From Oceanibaculum nanhaiense (GTDB taxonomy: Bacteria; Pseudomonadota; Alphaproteobacteria; Oceanibaculales; Oceanibaculaceae), in NCBI RefSeq assembly GCF_002148795.1, contig NZ_MPOB01000005.1, positions 215,023 to 239,022 on the forward strand: a stretch of 24,000 nt of DNA, given 5' to 3'. The notes beneath the pieces are model-generated. The model saw only the letters and a list, made by a program, of their open reading frames with translations. It was not told the origin of the DNA and made no database searches. The first letter of the stretch is position 1. Every line of letters begins with the position of its first letter. The position numbers were made by a program, and so were the translations under genes. Shown one piece after another: positions 15,875-24,000 of the stretch.

Positions 15875-16277
15875 TAAATGGAGCCGTCCCCCGCCTGCGC
15901 CTCTTCAGATCGGCGCATTGTTCTGCTTTCTGTGCTGCCGTCCTGCGCTTCCGTCGTATCCCCTAGCCGGCGTGCCTTGGCAAGTCCCGAGGAAAAACCC
16001 CACACCCATCATTGTGCGCGGCGCTGGCCACAGCACCCGCTCTTTCGTTGGCCTGACTGTCGGCAGGCGGCTTCACTCTACAGAATTCTCTTGCATGGCG
16101 CATGGCATTTGTTAAGTCCAACAACGTCTTACCGGATGGCGTCTGCGCAAGCGGCCCCCGCAGGGCAAATCGGCTCGCCGCAAGGGTCGCGTTCATGCAG
16201 CGGTTCCGCGTGCGATAATCCACTACATCTGGTATAAACCAGCAACCTCTCGTTATCGAATCCCAGGACAGGCAGTC

Positions 16278-17027
16278 ATGGCCGGCCATTCGCAATTCAA
16301 GAACATCATGCACCGCAAGGGCGCGCAGGACGCAAAGCGCGCCAAGCTTTTCACCAAGATCGCCCGCGAAATCACCACCGCGGCGAAGATCAGCGACGAC
16401 CCGACGTCCAATCCCCGCCTGCGCGCGGCGATTGCGCTCGGTCGGGCGAACAACATGCCGAACGACAATATCAACCGTGCCATCAAGAAGGGCACGGGCG
16501 GCGATGGCGACACCGATTATGTCGAGATGCGCTACGAGGGCTATGGCCCCGGCGGCGTCGCCGTCATCGTCGAGGCGCTGACCGACAACCGCAACCGCAC
16601 CGCCGCCGAGGTGCGGGCCGCCTTTTCCAAGCATGGCGGATCGCTGGGCGAGACCAATTCCGTGTCCTTCATGTTCGACCGGATCGGCCAGCTGATCTAT
16701 CCGGTGAAGGTCGCCGATACCGACGCCATGTTCGAGGCGGCGCTGGAGGCCGGTGCGGAGAATGTGGAGTCGAGCGAGGAGACCCACGAGGTCACCTGCT
16801 CGCAGGAGGATTTCGCCGCCGTGCGCGATGCGCTGGAGGAGAAGTTCGGCGCGCCGCAGCAGGCAGGCCTGGTCTGGCGCCCGCAGAACAGCACACCGGT
16901 CGATGAGGAAAAGGCGACCTCGCTTTTGAAGCTGATCGATGTGCTGGAAGATAATGACGATGTGCAGAGCGTCGCGGCGAATTTCGAGATCCCCGACGAT
17001 GTCATGGAAAAGCTGACGGCGGCCTGA
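16278..17027 (+). CDS. YebC/PmpR family DNA-binding transcriptional regulator
   Basis: 249 aa. Family-defining N-terminus [27 protein letters not shown]. Confidence 0.95.
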   Translation: MAGHSQFKNIMHRKGAQDAKRAKLFTKIAREITTAAKISDDPTSNPRLRAAIALGRANNMPNDNINRAIKKGTGGDGDTDYVEMRYEGYGPGGVAVIVEALTDNRNRTAAEVRAAFSKHGGSLGETNSVSFMFDRIGQLIYPVKVADTDAMFEAALEAGAENVESSEETHEVTCSQEDFAAVRDALEEKFGAPQQAGLVWRPQNSTPVDEEKATSLLKLIDVLEDNDDVQSVAANFEIPDDVMEKLTAA

Positions 17028-17050
17028 CCGGCGCCGGGTGGGAGCAGGCA

Positions 17051-17572
17051 ATGCGGCTGATCGGCCTCGATCCGGGGCTGCGAAACACGGGCTGGGGCGT
17101 GATTGAGGCGGTGGGTACCCGCCTCATCCACGTCGCCAACGGCGTGGTGCGGTCCGATGCCGCCGGGGATATCGCCTCCCGCCTGCTGCAGCTCAACCGC
17201 GGCGTGATGGAAATCCTCGAACGCTATGCGCCGGACGAGGCGGCGATCGAGGAAACCTTCGTGAACAAGAACCCGGAATCCACGCTGAAGCTGGGCCTGG
17301 CGCGCGGTGCCGTCATACTGGCGCCGGCCAGCCTCGGCATTCCGGTCACCGAATATGCCCCGAACCGGGTGAAGAAAGCGGTGGTCGGCGCCGGTCACGC
17401 CGCGAAGGAACAGGTGCAGATGATGGTGAAGACGCTGCTGCCCGGCTCCAACGCTCTCGGTGCGGATGCGGCGGACGCGCTCGCGGTGGCCATCTGCCAC
17501 GCGCATTTCCGCCAGACCGGATCGGTCTATGAGCGTGCGCTGGCCATGGCGCAGGGGGCGGGGCGCAGATGA
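17051..17572 (+). CDS. ruvC: Crossover junction endodeoxyribonuclease RuvC
   Basis: 173 aa. RuvC N-terminus [19 protein letters not shown]. The stop overlaps the ruvA start (ATGA). Confidence 0.95.
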   Translation: MRLIGLDPGLRNTGWGVIEAVGTRLIHVANGVVRSDAAGDIASRLLQLNRGVMEILERYAPDEAAIEETFVNKNPESTLKLGLARGAVILAPASLGIPVTEYAPNRVKKAVVGAGHAAKEQVQMMVKTLLPGSNALGADAADALAVAICHAHFRQTGSVYERALAMAQGAGRR

Positions 17573-18222
17573 TCGCCAGGCTGCGTGGGCTGCTGGACAG
17601 CGCGGGGACCGATCACGCGGTGATCGATGTGAACGGCGTTGGCTATCTGGTCTTCGCGGCCGGGCGCACGCTGGACCGGCTGCCGAAGCCGGGCGAGCCG
17701 GTGACCTTGCTGATCGACACGCATGTCGGCGAGGATCACATCCGGCTTTACGGTTTCCTCGACGCCACCGAACGCGACTGGTTCCGCCTGCTGATGACGG
17801 TGCAGGGCGTTGGCGCGCGCGTCGCGCTGGCGATCCTGTCGGCGCTGACGCCGGACCAGATCGCCCAGGCCATCGCGGTGAACGACCCGAAGATGCTGGT
17901 CCGTGCCGACGGGGTGGGGCCGAAACTGGCCGCGCGCATTGTCAATGAGCTGAAGGACAAGACCGCGCATCTGTCGTTGGCCGCGCTGACATCCGGCAAG
18001 GCGGACGGCGGCAAGGCGGAGGGCGGCAAGCCTGCCAACGGCGCCGCTGCTCCCGCCGGCAGTATTGAGGGGGCGGCCGGCGATGCGGTTTCCGCCCTGG
18101 TCAATCTGGGCTATGGCCGCACCGAGGCGTTCGCTGCCGTGATGAAGGCAATGCGGAATCTTGGCGAGGGCGCTGAATTGCAGGCGCTGATCCCGGCGGC
18201 GCTGAAGGAGCTGGCGGCATGA
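17569..18222 (+). CDS. ruvA: Holliday junction branch migration complex subunit RuvA
   Basis: 217 aa. RuvA N-terminus MIARLRGLL...[11 protein letters not shown] and HhH region ([14 protein letters not shown]). ATGA overlap with ruvB. Confidence 0.95.
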   Translation: MIARLRGLLDSAGTDHAVIDVNGVGYLVFAAGRTLDRLPKPGEPVTLLIDTHVGEDHIRLYGFLDATERDWFRLLMTVQGVGARVALAILSALTPDQIAQAIAVNDPKMLVRADGVGPKLAARIVNELKDKTAHLSLAALTSGKADGGKAEGGKPANGAAAPAGSIEGAAGDAVSALVNLGYGRTEAFAAVMKAMRNLGEGAELQALIPAALKELAA

Positions 18223-19283
18223 TCGACAGCCCGGACCGCATCGTCTCGCCCGAGGCGGAGGGTGTGGAGACGCAGGACAATACGCTGCGCCCGCTGGTCC
18301 TGGAGGATTTCGTCGGCCAGAAGCCGGTGCGCGAGAATCTCGCCATTTTCATCGAGGCGGCGCGCGGCCGCGGCGAGGCGCTGGACCATGTGCTGTTCGC
18401 CGGGCCGCCCGGCCTCGGCAAGACCACGCTGGCGCAGATCGTGGCGCGCGAGCTGGGGGTGAATTTCCGCGCCACCTCCGGCCCGGTTATCTCCAAGGCC
18501 GGCGATCTGGCGGCGCTGCTGACCAATCTGCAGCCGCGCGACGTGCTGTTCATCGACGAGATTCACCGCCTCAATCCCGCCGTGGAAGAAGTGCTCTATC
18601 CGGCGATGGAGGATTTCCAGCTCGATCTGATTATCGGCGAGGGGCCGGCGGCACGGTCGATCCGCATCGACCTGCAACCCTTCACGCTGGTCGCCGCGAC
18701 CACGCGTTCCGGCCTTATCACCACCCCCTTGCGCGAACGGTTCGGCATCCCGCTGCGCCTCACCTTCTACGAGCCGGCGGAGCTGCGCCACATCGTCACG
18801 CGCGGCGCCGGCCTGCTGGGCATGGTTCTCACCGAGGATGGGGCGGAGGAAATCTCCCGCCGCTCGCGCGGTACGCCGCGGGTCGCCAACCGGCTGCTGC
18901 GCCGGGTCCGCGACATCGCCAGTGTGGCCGGGCTGGAAGCCGTCGACGCCAAGGCGGCGGACGCCGCGCTCACCCGGCTGGGGGTCGATACGCTGGGTCT
19001 CGATTCGCTGGACCGGCGCTATCTCTCGACGCTGGCGGACACCTATCTGGGCGGACCGGTCGGTGTCGAGACCATGGCCGCCGCGCTGGGCGAGCAGCGC
19101 GATGTGCTGGAAGAGGTGATCGAGCCTTATCTGATGCAGCAGGGGCTGGTGCAGCGCACGCCGCGCGGCCGCATGCTGGCGCCGCAGGGCTATCGCTATC
19201 TGGGGCTGGCGATGCCGCAGGACCGGCTGGCGCAGCTCGACCTGCTTGCCGCCGCCGAGACGGATGAGGGGCTGGATGGCTGA
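18219..19283 (+). CDS. ruvB: Holliday junction branch migration DNA helicase RuvB
   Basis: 354 aa. Walker [12 protein letters not shown] and Walker [10 protein letters not shown], with the RuvB winged-helix C-terminus. Confidence 0.97.
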   Translation: MIDSPDRIVSPEAEGVETQDNTLRPLVLEDFVGQKPVRENLAIFIEAARGRGEALDHVLFAGPPGLGKTTLAQIVARELGVNFRATSGPVISKAGDLAALLTNLQPRDVLFIDEIHRLNPAVEEVLYPAMEDFQLDLIIGEGPAARSIRIDLQPFTLVAATTRSGLITTPLRERFGIPLRLTFYEPAELRHIVTRGAGLLGMVLTEDGAEEISRRSRGTPRVANRLLRRVRDIASVAGLEAVDAKAADAALTRLGVDTLGLDSLDRRYLSTLADTYLGGPVGVETMAAALGEQRDVLEEVIEPYLMQQGLVQRTPRGRMLAPQGYRYLGLAMPQDRLAQLDLLAAAETDEGLDG

Positions 19284-19767
19284 TCCGGTTCCGTTCGCCG
19301 CTGCCTTCGTGGATGGGCCGGAAGGGCAGCGCTATCGCCTGCCCGTGCGCATCTATTACGAGGATACCGACGCCGGCGGCATCGTCTATCACGCCAATTA
19401 TCTGCGCTATGCCGAGCGGGCACGCAGCGAGATGCTGCGCGCCATGGGCTTCGGCCAGGCGGCGCTGCGGGACGAGCACGGCGTCGCCTTCGCGGTGCGC
19501 GGCTGCACCATCGATTATATCGCCCCGGCGCGGCTGGACGACCTGCTCTGGGTCGAGACCCGCCTGCTGTCCGTCGGCGGCGCCACGATCGAGGCCGAGC
19601 AGTGCGTGGAACGCGAAGGAACGCTGCTCGTTCGGCTTCATATCCGCCTTGCCTGTCTGGGGAAGGGGTTGCGCCCGGCGCGGCTTCCCAAAGTGCTGCA
19701 CCAGGCCCTGCAGGCATTGGTTCATCCAACTTCTGCCATCTTCCTCGTGACACTGCTCGCCAGCTAG
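19276..19767 (+). CDS. ybgC: Tol-Pal-associated acyl-CoA thioesterase YbgC (hotdog fold)
   Basis: 163 aa from ATG 19276, overlapping the ruvB 3' end by 8 nt. 4HBT/YbgC catalytic motif [19 protein letters not shown]. Sits directly upstream of tolQ. Confidence 0.85.
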   Translation: MADPVPFAAAFVDGPEGQRYRLPVRIYYEDTDAGGIVYHANYLRYAERARSEMLRAMGFGQAALRDEHGVAFAVRGCTIDYIAPARLDDLLWVETRLLSVGGATIEAEQCVEREGTLLVRLHIRLACLGKGLRPARLPKVLHQALQALVHPTSAIFLVTLLAS

Positions 19768-19780
19768 GAGAGTGCGTTTA

Positions 19781-20512
19781 ATGGAACCTACCGTCATCGA
19801 TTCGATCGCTTTGGCCGGGTCTGTCGCCGATCACGACATGTCGCCGCTTGGCCTCTTCCTGCAGGCCGACTGGATCGTCAAGACCGTGATGCTGATGCTG
19901 GCCGTGGCGTCGCTCTGGTGCTGGGCGATCATCTTCGACAAGGTGATGACCCTGCGTAAATTGCGCCGGCTGGCCGGGCAGTTCGAGGAGAGCTTCTGGT
20001 CCGGCGGGTCGCTGGAGGATCTCTATGACCGCATCGGCAACCGTCCGTCCGACCCGATGGCCTCGATCTTTGCCGCCGCGATGCGCGAATGGCGGCGGTC
20101 GGCGGCCAAGGGGCTGACCGCCACCGGCCAGCTGCGCACCAGCCTGCGCAGCCGCATCGAGCAGGCGATGCACGTCACCATCGGCCGCGAGATGGAGCAG
20201 CTGGAAAAGCACATGCCGTTTCTTGCCTCGGTGGGATCGACGGCGCCGTTCATCGGGCTGTTCGGGACGGTGTGGGGCATCATGAACTCCTTCAGCTCCA
20301 TCGCGGTGTCGAAGAACACCAGCCTTGCCGTCGTCGCCCCCGGTATCGCCGAGGCGCTGTTCGCCACGGCGCTGGGCCTGGTCGCGGCGATCCCGGCGGT
20401 GCTGGCCTACAACAAGCTGTCCAACGATCTCGGCAAATATGCCGCGCGGCTGGAGGCTTTCGGCGCCGAGTTCAGCTCCATCCTGTCGCGCCAGCTCGAC
20501 GAGGGGGAGTGA
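19781..20512 (+). CDS. tolQ: Tol-Pal system protein TolQ
   Basis: 243 aa from ATG 19781 (GGAG 10 nt upstream; alternative GTG 19772). MotA/TolQ/ExbB channel motifs (APFIGLFGTVWGIMNSF). Confidence 0.93.
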   Translation: MEPTVIDSIALAGSVADHDMSPLGLFLQADWIVKTVMLMLAVASLWCWAIIFDKVMTLRKLRRLAGQFEESFWSGGSLEDLYDRIGNRPSDPMASIFAAAMREWRRSAAKGLTATGQLRTSLRSRIEQAMHVTIGREMEQLEKHMPFLASVGSTAPFIGLFGTVWGIMNSFSSIAVSKNTSLAVVAPGIAEALFATALGLVAAIPAVLAYNKLSNDLGKYAARLEAFGAEFSSILSRQLDEGE

Positions 20513-20515
20513 CCG

Positions 20516-20965
20516 ATGGGGGCGAAGCTGGGCAATGGCGGTGGCGTCGGGCGGCGTAATAATGGCCGCTACATGCCGATGAGCGAGATCAACGTGACGC
20601 CCTTCGTGGATGTCATGCTGGTGCTGCTGATCGTGTTCATGGTGACCGCACCGCTACTGACGGTCGGCGTGCCGGTCGATCTGCCGAAGACCCAGGCGTC
20701 GCAGCTGAGCGACCAGGTCGAGCCGCTGGTGGTGACGGTGAACGCCGAAGGCCGGCTGTTCATCCAGGAGACCGAAACGGAAGCTGGGCAGCTTGTGCCG
20801 CGCCTGCAGGCGATCACGCAGAACAAGCCGGATACCAGGATTTATGTGCGCGGCGACCAGGCGATCAATTATGGCCGGGTGATGGAGGTGATGGGGCTGA
20901 TCAATTCGGCCGGCTTCACCAAGGTCGCCCTGATTGCCGAAATGCCGCAGGAAGGCCGGCGCTGA
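20516..20965 (+). CDS. tolR: Tol-Pal system protein TolR (ExbD/TolR family)
   Basis: 149 aa. Signature SEINVTPFVDVMLVLLIVFMVTAP with the conserved TM Asp. Confidence 0.93.
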   Translation: MGAKLGNGGGVGRRNNGRYMPMSEINVTPFVDVMLVLLIVFMVTAPLLTVGVPVDLPKTQASQLSDQVEPLVVTVNAEGRLFIQETETEAGQLVPRLQAITQNKPDTRIYVRGDQAINYGRVMEVMGLINSAGFTKVALIAEMPQEGRR

Positions 20966-21009
20966 CCGGCAGCTATGACAGGTAAGTGTGACGGGCAAGT
21001 GTAGAGAAA

Positions 21010-22044
21010 ATGCGTAAGGGTCTCGCCCTATCAGTCGCATTCCATGGTGCGATCGTCCTGTTCGCCTGGTTCGGCCTGCCGAACCTGATGCGGGAGGACC
21101 GTGTCATCGACGAGCCTGTCGTGGTCGATGTCGTGACCCTGTCCCAGCTGGCGAATCCGCCGATGCCGACCGTCGCACCGACGCCGGAGCCGCCGGTGAA
21201 GCCGGTTGCCCCGACCCCCGTCGCGCAGGCACCAGCGCCGACACCGGCCCCGCCGCCGCCACCTCCGCCTCCGCCACCGCCAGCAGCGCAACCGGCCCCG
21301 CCGCCGCCGGCCCCGGCGCCGACACCGCCGAAGCCGGCCCCCGCGGCGCAGCCCGTACCGGCACCCGCGCCGACACCAGCGCCCGAACCAAAGCCCGAGA
21401 TCGCCAAGGCGGTGGAGCCTAAGCCGGAGCCTGTGAAGACGGCCGAACCGAAGCCGGAGACGCCACCACCGCCGAAGCCGGTGGCAAAACCCGCGCCGCC
21501 CAAGGTGAAACCGGTCGAGACCAAGCAGGAGCCGGAGAAGAAGCCGGAGCCGAAACAGGAAAACCGGCTGGCCTCGTTGCTGTCCAGCGTGAACAAGATG
21601 CGCGACCAGGTGCCGACTGAAGAGACCAAGCCGCGCCCGCAGCGCCCGCAACCGCAGCAGGCGGCGCCCGCCGTGCCGCAGCCTGAGCGTGCGCAGCCGA
21701 CCAACCGGCTGAACGATCCGTCGCGCGACCTGTCGGCCAGCGAGCTGGATGCGGTGCGCCAGCAGATTGCGCAATGCTGGAACGTGCCGGCCGGCGCGCG
21801 TTATGCCGAGGAACTGATTGTTGACATATTTGTCGTGATGAATGCCGATGCGACGGTCCGTGAGGCCCGCATCGTCAACAGCGGCAGGATGGGCAGCGAC
21901 CCGTTTTATCGCTCGGCGGCGGAGAGTGCCCTGCGTGCCGTCTTGAATCCGCGTTGCAGCCCGCTCAAGCTGCCGCGCGACAAGTTTGAGGTTTGGAAGA
22001 CCATGACCTTGAGCTTCAACCCAAGGGAAATGTTGGCCCCATGA
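21010..22044 (+). CDS. tolA: Cell envelope integrity protein TolA (Pro-rich central domain)
   Basis: 344 aa. N-terminal TM anchor ([18 protein letters not shown]), a long Pro/Ala/Lys/Glu-rich linker, and a TolA/TonB-type C-terminal domain. Located between tolR and tolB. Confidence 0.85.
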   Translation: MRKGLALSVAFHGAIVLFAWFGLPNLMREDRVIDEPVVVDVVTLSQLANPPMPTVAPTPEPPVKPVAPTPVAQAPAPTPAPPPPPPPPPPPAAQPAPPPPAPAPTPPKPAPAAQPVPAPAPTPAPEPKPEIAKAVEPKPEPVKTAEPKPETPPPPKPVAKPAPPKVKPVETKQEPEKKPEPKQENRLASLLSSVNKMRDQVPTEETKPRPQRPQPQQAAPAVPQPERAQPTNRLNDPSRDLSASELDAVRQQIAQCWNVPAGARYAEELIVDIFVVMNADATVREARIVNSGRMGSDPFYRSAAESALRAVLNPRCSPLKLPRDKFEVWKTMTLSFNPREMLAP

Positions 22045-23399
22045 TTGTTTCAGGGATTGCTTCAGGCAGCACCATCGGTCGGTTCGTCACCGCCACTCTC
22101 GCGATCTGCATGCTGGTATTGGGCACCGCCCTGCCGGCTGTCGCCGAATTGCGCATCGACATCACGCGCGGCGTGACCGAGCCGATGCCCATCGCGATCA
22201 CCGATTTCCAGGGCGAGGGGCAAAGTGTCGATGTCGGGCGTGACATCGCCAGGGTCGTGGCGGCCGATCTGGAGCGCTCCGGCCTGTTCCGTCCGCTCGA
22301 CAGGCAGGCTTTCATCCAGACCGCGGCTTCCGCGCAGCAGCAGCCGCGTTTCGCCGACTGGCGGGTGATTGGCGCGCAGGCGCTGGTCAGCGGTTCGGCG
22401 GTGCTGCAGCCGGATGGGCGGCTGAAGGTCGAATTCCGGCTGTGGGATGTGTTCGCCGAAGAACAGATGACCGGTCTTGCCTACTACACCGTGCCGGCGA
22501 ACTGGCGTCGCGTTGCGCATATCGTGGCTGACGCCATCTACAAGCGCATCACCGGCGAGGATGGCTATTTCGACACCCGCGTCGTCTATATAGCCGAAAG
22601 CGGTCCGCAGAACCGGCGCAAGAAGCAGCTCGCCATCATGGACCAGGATGGCGCCAACCACCGGTTCCTGACCGACGGCAATGTGCTGGTGCTGACCCCG
22701 CGCTTCTCGCCGACGCTGCAGGAAATCACCTACCTCGCCTATTTCAACAACAAGCCGCGTGTCTATCTGCTGAACATCGACACCGGCCAGCAGGAAGTGC
22801 TGGGCGACTTCCCGGGCATGACCTTCGCGCCGCGTTTCTCGCCTGACGGCAATGCGGTCATCATGAGCATGGCGCGCAATGGCAATTCCGACATCTATGC
22901 GATGGATCTGCGCACCCGCAAGGTGCAGCGGCTGACCAACGATCCGTCGATCGACACCTCGCCATCCTATGCGCCGGACAGCAGGCAGGTGGTGTTCAAC
23001 TCCGACCGGGGCGGCTCGCAGCAGCTCTATGTGATGGACGGGGATGGCGGAAATGTGCGGCGGATCAGCTTCGGCGAGGGCCGCTATGCGACCCCGGTCT
23101 GGTCGCCGCGTGGCGATCTGATTGCCTTCACCAAGATGAATCGTGGCCGCTTCTATATCGGCGTGATGCGGCCGGACGGCAGCGGCGAGCGGCTGCTGAC
23201 GGAAAGCTTCCTGGATGAGGGGCCAACCTGGGCGCCGAACGGCCGTGTGCTGATGTTCTTCCGCCAGACTCCGACCGACTCCCGGGGGCAGGGTGGTGTC
23301 GTGCGATTGTACTCAATCGACCTGACCGGACAGAATTTGCGCGAGGTCGTTACACCGATCGATGCGTCGGATCCCGCTTGGTCCCCCTTGATTCCTTGA
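22041..23399 (+). CDS. tolB: Tol-Pal system beta-propeller protein TolB
   Basis: 452 aa from ATG 22041 (ATGA overlap with the tolA stop). Signal peptide, then the TolB N-domain ([16 protein letters not shown]) and repeated propeller blades (P.FSPDG, PS.APD, P.WSP). Confidence 0.95.
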   Translation: MIVSGIASGSTIGRFVTATLAICMLVLGTALPAVAELRIDITRGVTEPMPIAITDFQGEGQSVDVGRDIARVVAADLERSGLFRPLDRQAFIQTAASAQQQPRFADWRVIGAQALVSGSAVLQPDGRLKVEFRLWDVFAEEQMTGLAYYTVPANWRRVAHIVADAIYKRITGEDGYFDTRVVYIAESGPQNRRKKQLAIMDQDGANHRFLTDGNVLVLTPRFSPTLQEITYLAYFNNKPRVYLLNIDTGQQEVLGDFPGMTFAPRFSPDGNAVIMSMARNGNSDIYAMDLRTRKVQRLTNDPSIDTSPSYAPDSRQVVFNSDRGGSQQLYVMDGDGGNVRRISFGEGRYATPVWSPRGDLIAFTKMNRGRFYIGVMRPDGSGERLLTESFLDEGPTWAPNGRVLMFFRQTPTDSRGQGGVVRLYSIDLTGQNLREVVTPIDASDPAWSPLIP

Positions 23400-23580
23400 A
23401 ATTACACAATTATATTGCGCCCGTCGGTGTAGGGCTAGGGTTCCTACGGGAAAGGCTGTAAGCTGGAACGAATATGGAAGGTATACTTCCATCTGAGACT
23501 GATACCAGCAATCAAGTAGACACCCACGAAACCGTTCTTTCCCCTAATCTTTGGGATTGCGTTCGCGGAGGGCGAAAATA

Positions 23581-24000
23581 ATGCGTACAAAAATTCTTGG
23601 TGTTTTTGCAGCACTGCTCCTGGTTGCTGCTTGCGAAACTGCTCCGGAGACTGGTGCTGCTGCTGGCGGTACCGGCGCGAGCACTGGTTCGGGTGTTGCT
23701 ACGACTCAGCCGGCCGGCCCCCGTGCGGGCTCTCAGGAGGATCTGGTCGTCAATGTTGGCGACCGTGTCTTCTTCGATTTCGACAAGTACAACGTCCGCG
23801 CCGACCAGCGCGGTCAGGTCGAGAAGTGGGCTGCCTGGCTGAAGCGTAACCCGTCGGTGCGTGTCACCGTCGAGGGTCACGCTGACGAGCGCGGCACCCG
23901 CGAGTACAACTTGGGTCTTGGCGAGCGTCGCGCCAATTCGGTGAAGGACGCGCTGGTCGCGCTCGGCATCGATGCGGGCCGCCTGACCACGGTCAGCTAT
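23581..24000 (+). CDS. pal: Peptidoglycan-associated lipoprotein Pal, N-terminal part (3' end outside window)
   Basis: Not in the ORF track because it is open at the window edge. GGAGGG RBS precedes ATG 23581. Lipobox LLVAAC. OmpA-like domain motifs follow (FDFDKYNVR, TVEGHADERGTREYNLGLGERRANSV). Confidence 0.9.
   Translation, partial: MRTKILGVFAALLLVAACETAPETGAAAGGTGASTGSGVATTQPAGPRAGSQEDLVVNVGDRVFFDFDKYNVRADQRGQVEKWAAWLKRNPSVRVTVEGHADERGTREYNLGLGERRANSVKDALVALGIDAGRLTTVSY

Noticed and set aside
15878-16237. 119-aa plus-strand ORF (and the nested 65-aa ORF) in the REC/YebC-family intergenic region
   Set aside because: GC3 is mediocre and declining, there is no RBS, and the Cys/Ser/Pro-rich sequence has no motif. 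Treated as non-coding.
15963-17051. 362-aa minus-strand ORF opposite the YebC-family gene. The same reasoning applies to 14894-15877 (plus, opposite Hpt/REC) and 10027-11136 (minus, opposite the ymdB-like gene).
   Set aside because: All overlap genes with strong family motifs on the other strand, and none has a recognisable motif of its own.
20973-21774. Gly-rich (243 aa) and Arg-rich (247 aa) minus-strand ORFs
   Set aside because: These are the reverse-complement reading of the TolA proline-rich tract (CCN codons read as GGN and CGN), not independent genes.
1-24000. Scan for CRISPR arrays, IS elements, tRNA/rRNA genes, prophage or defence-system genes
   Set aside because: I saw no regularly spaced repeats, transposase or integrase-like ORFs, or cloverleaf-forming segments. 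Repeats found are limited to the short motifs reported above.

Overview
GC-rich chromosomal segment with strong GC3 codon bias. Gene content and synteny are typical of an alphaproteobacterium, possibly Rhodospirillales-like. Most of the window is conserved core genome. Left to right: scoA (partial)/scoB CoA-transferase; a periplasmic cyclophilin; folB; three small uncharacterised proteins; a GNAT acetyltransferase; an Fe-type alcohol dehydrogenase; a tkt-gap operon on the minus strand; a ZauP-like coiled-coil gene, zapA, a predicted 6S RNA (ssrS) and 5-formyl-THF cyclo-ligase in the classical zapA-ssrS-ygfA arrangement; a YmdB-like phosphoesterase; and a co-directional array of a YebC-family regulator, ruvCAB, ybgC, tolQRAB and pal (partial). 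The non-core part is 10.9-15.9 kb. There a PadR-flavoprotein-MFS operon has vicinal-cysteine motifs, an apparently leaderless padR and a 9-bp perfect inverted-repeat operator candidate. Upstream of it lies an orphan promoter plus intrinsic terminator, a candidate small RNA. The block is bracketed by two diverged paralogs of an Hpt-like (HxxRG) protein. One paralog is co-oriented directly downstream of a single-domain receiver protein with an Arg-rich C-terminal tail, and no histidine kinase is visible. I saw no CRISPR arrays, transposases, integrases, tRNA or rRNA genes. The many long antisense ORFs in the six-frame track are high-GC artefacts. All functional calls rest on motif and family recognition by eye and on synteny; no searches were run.
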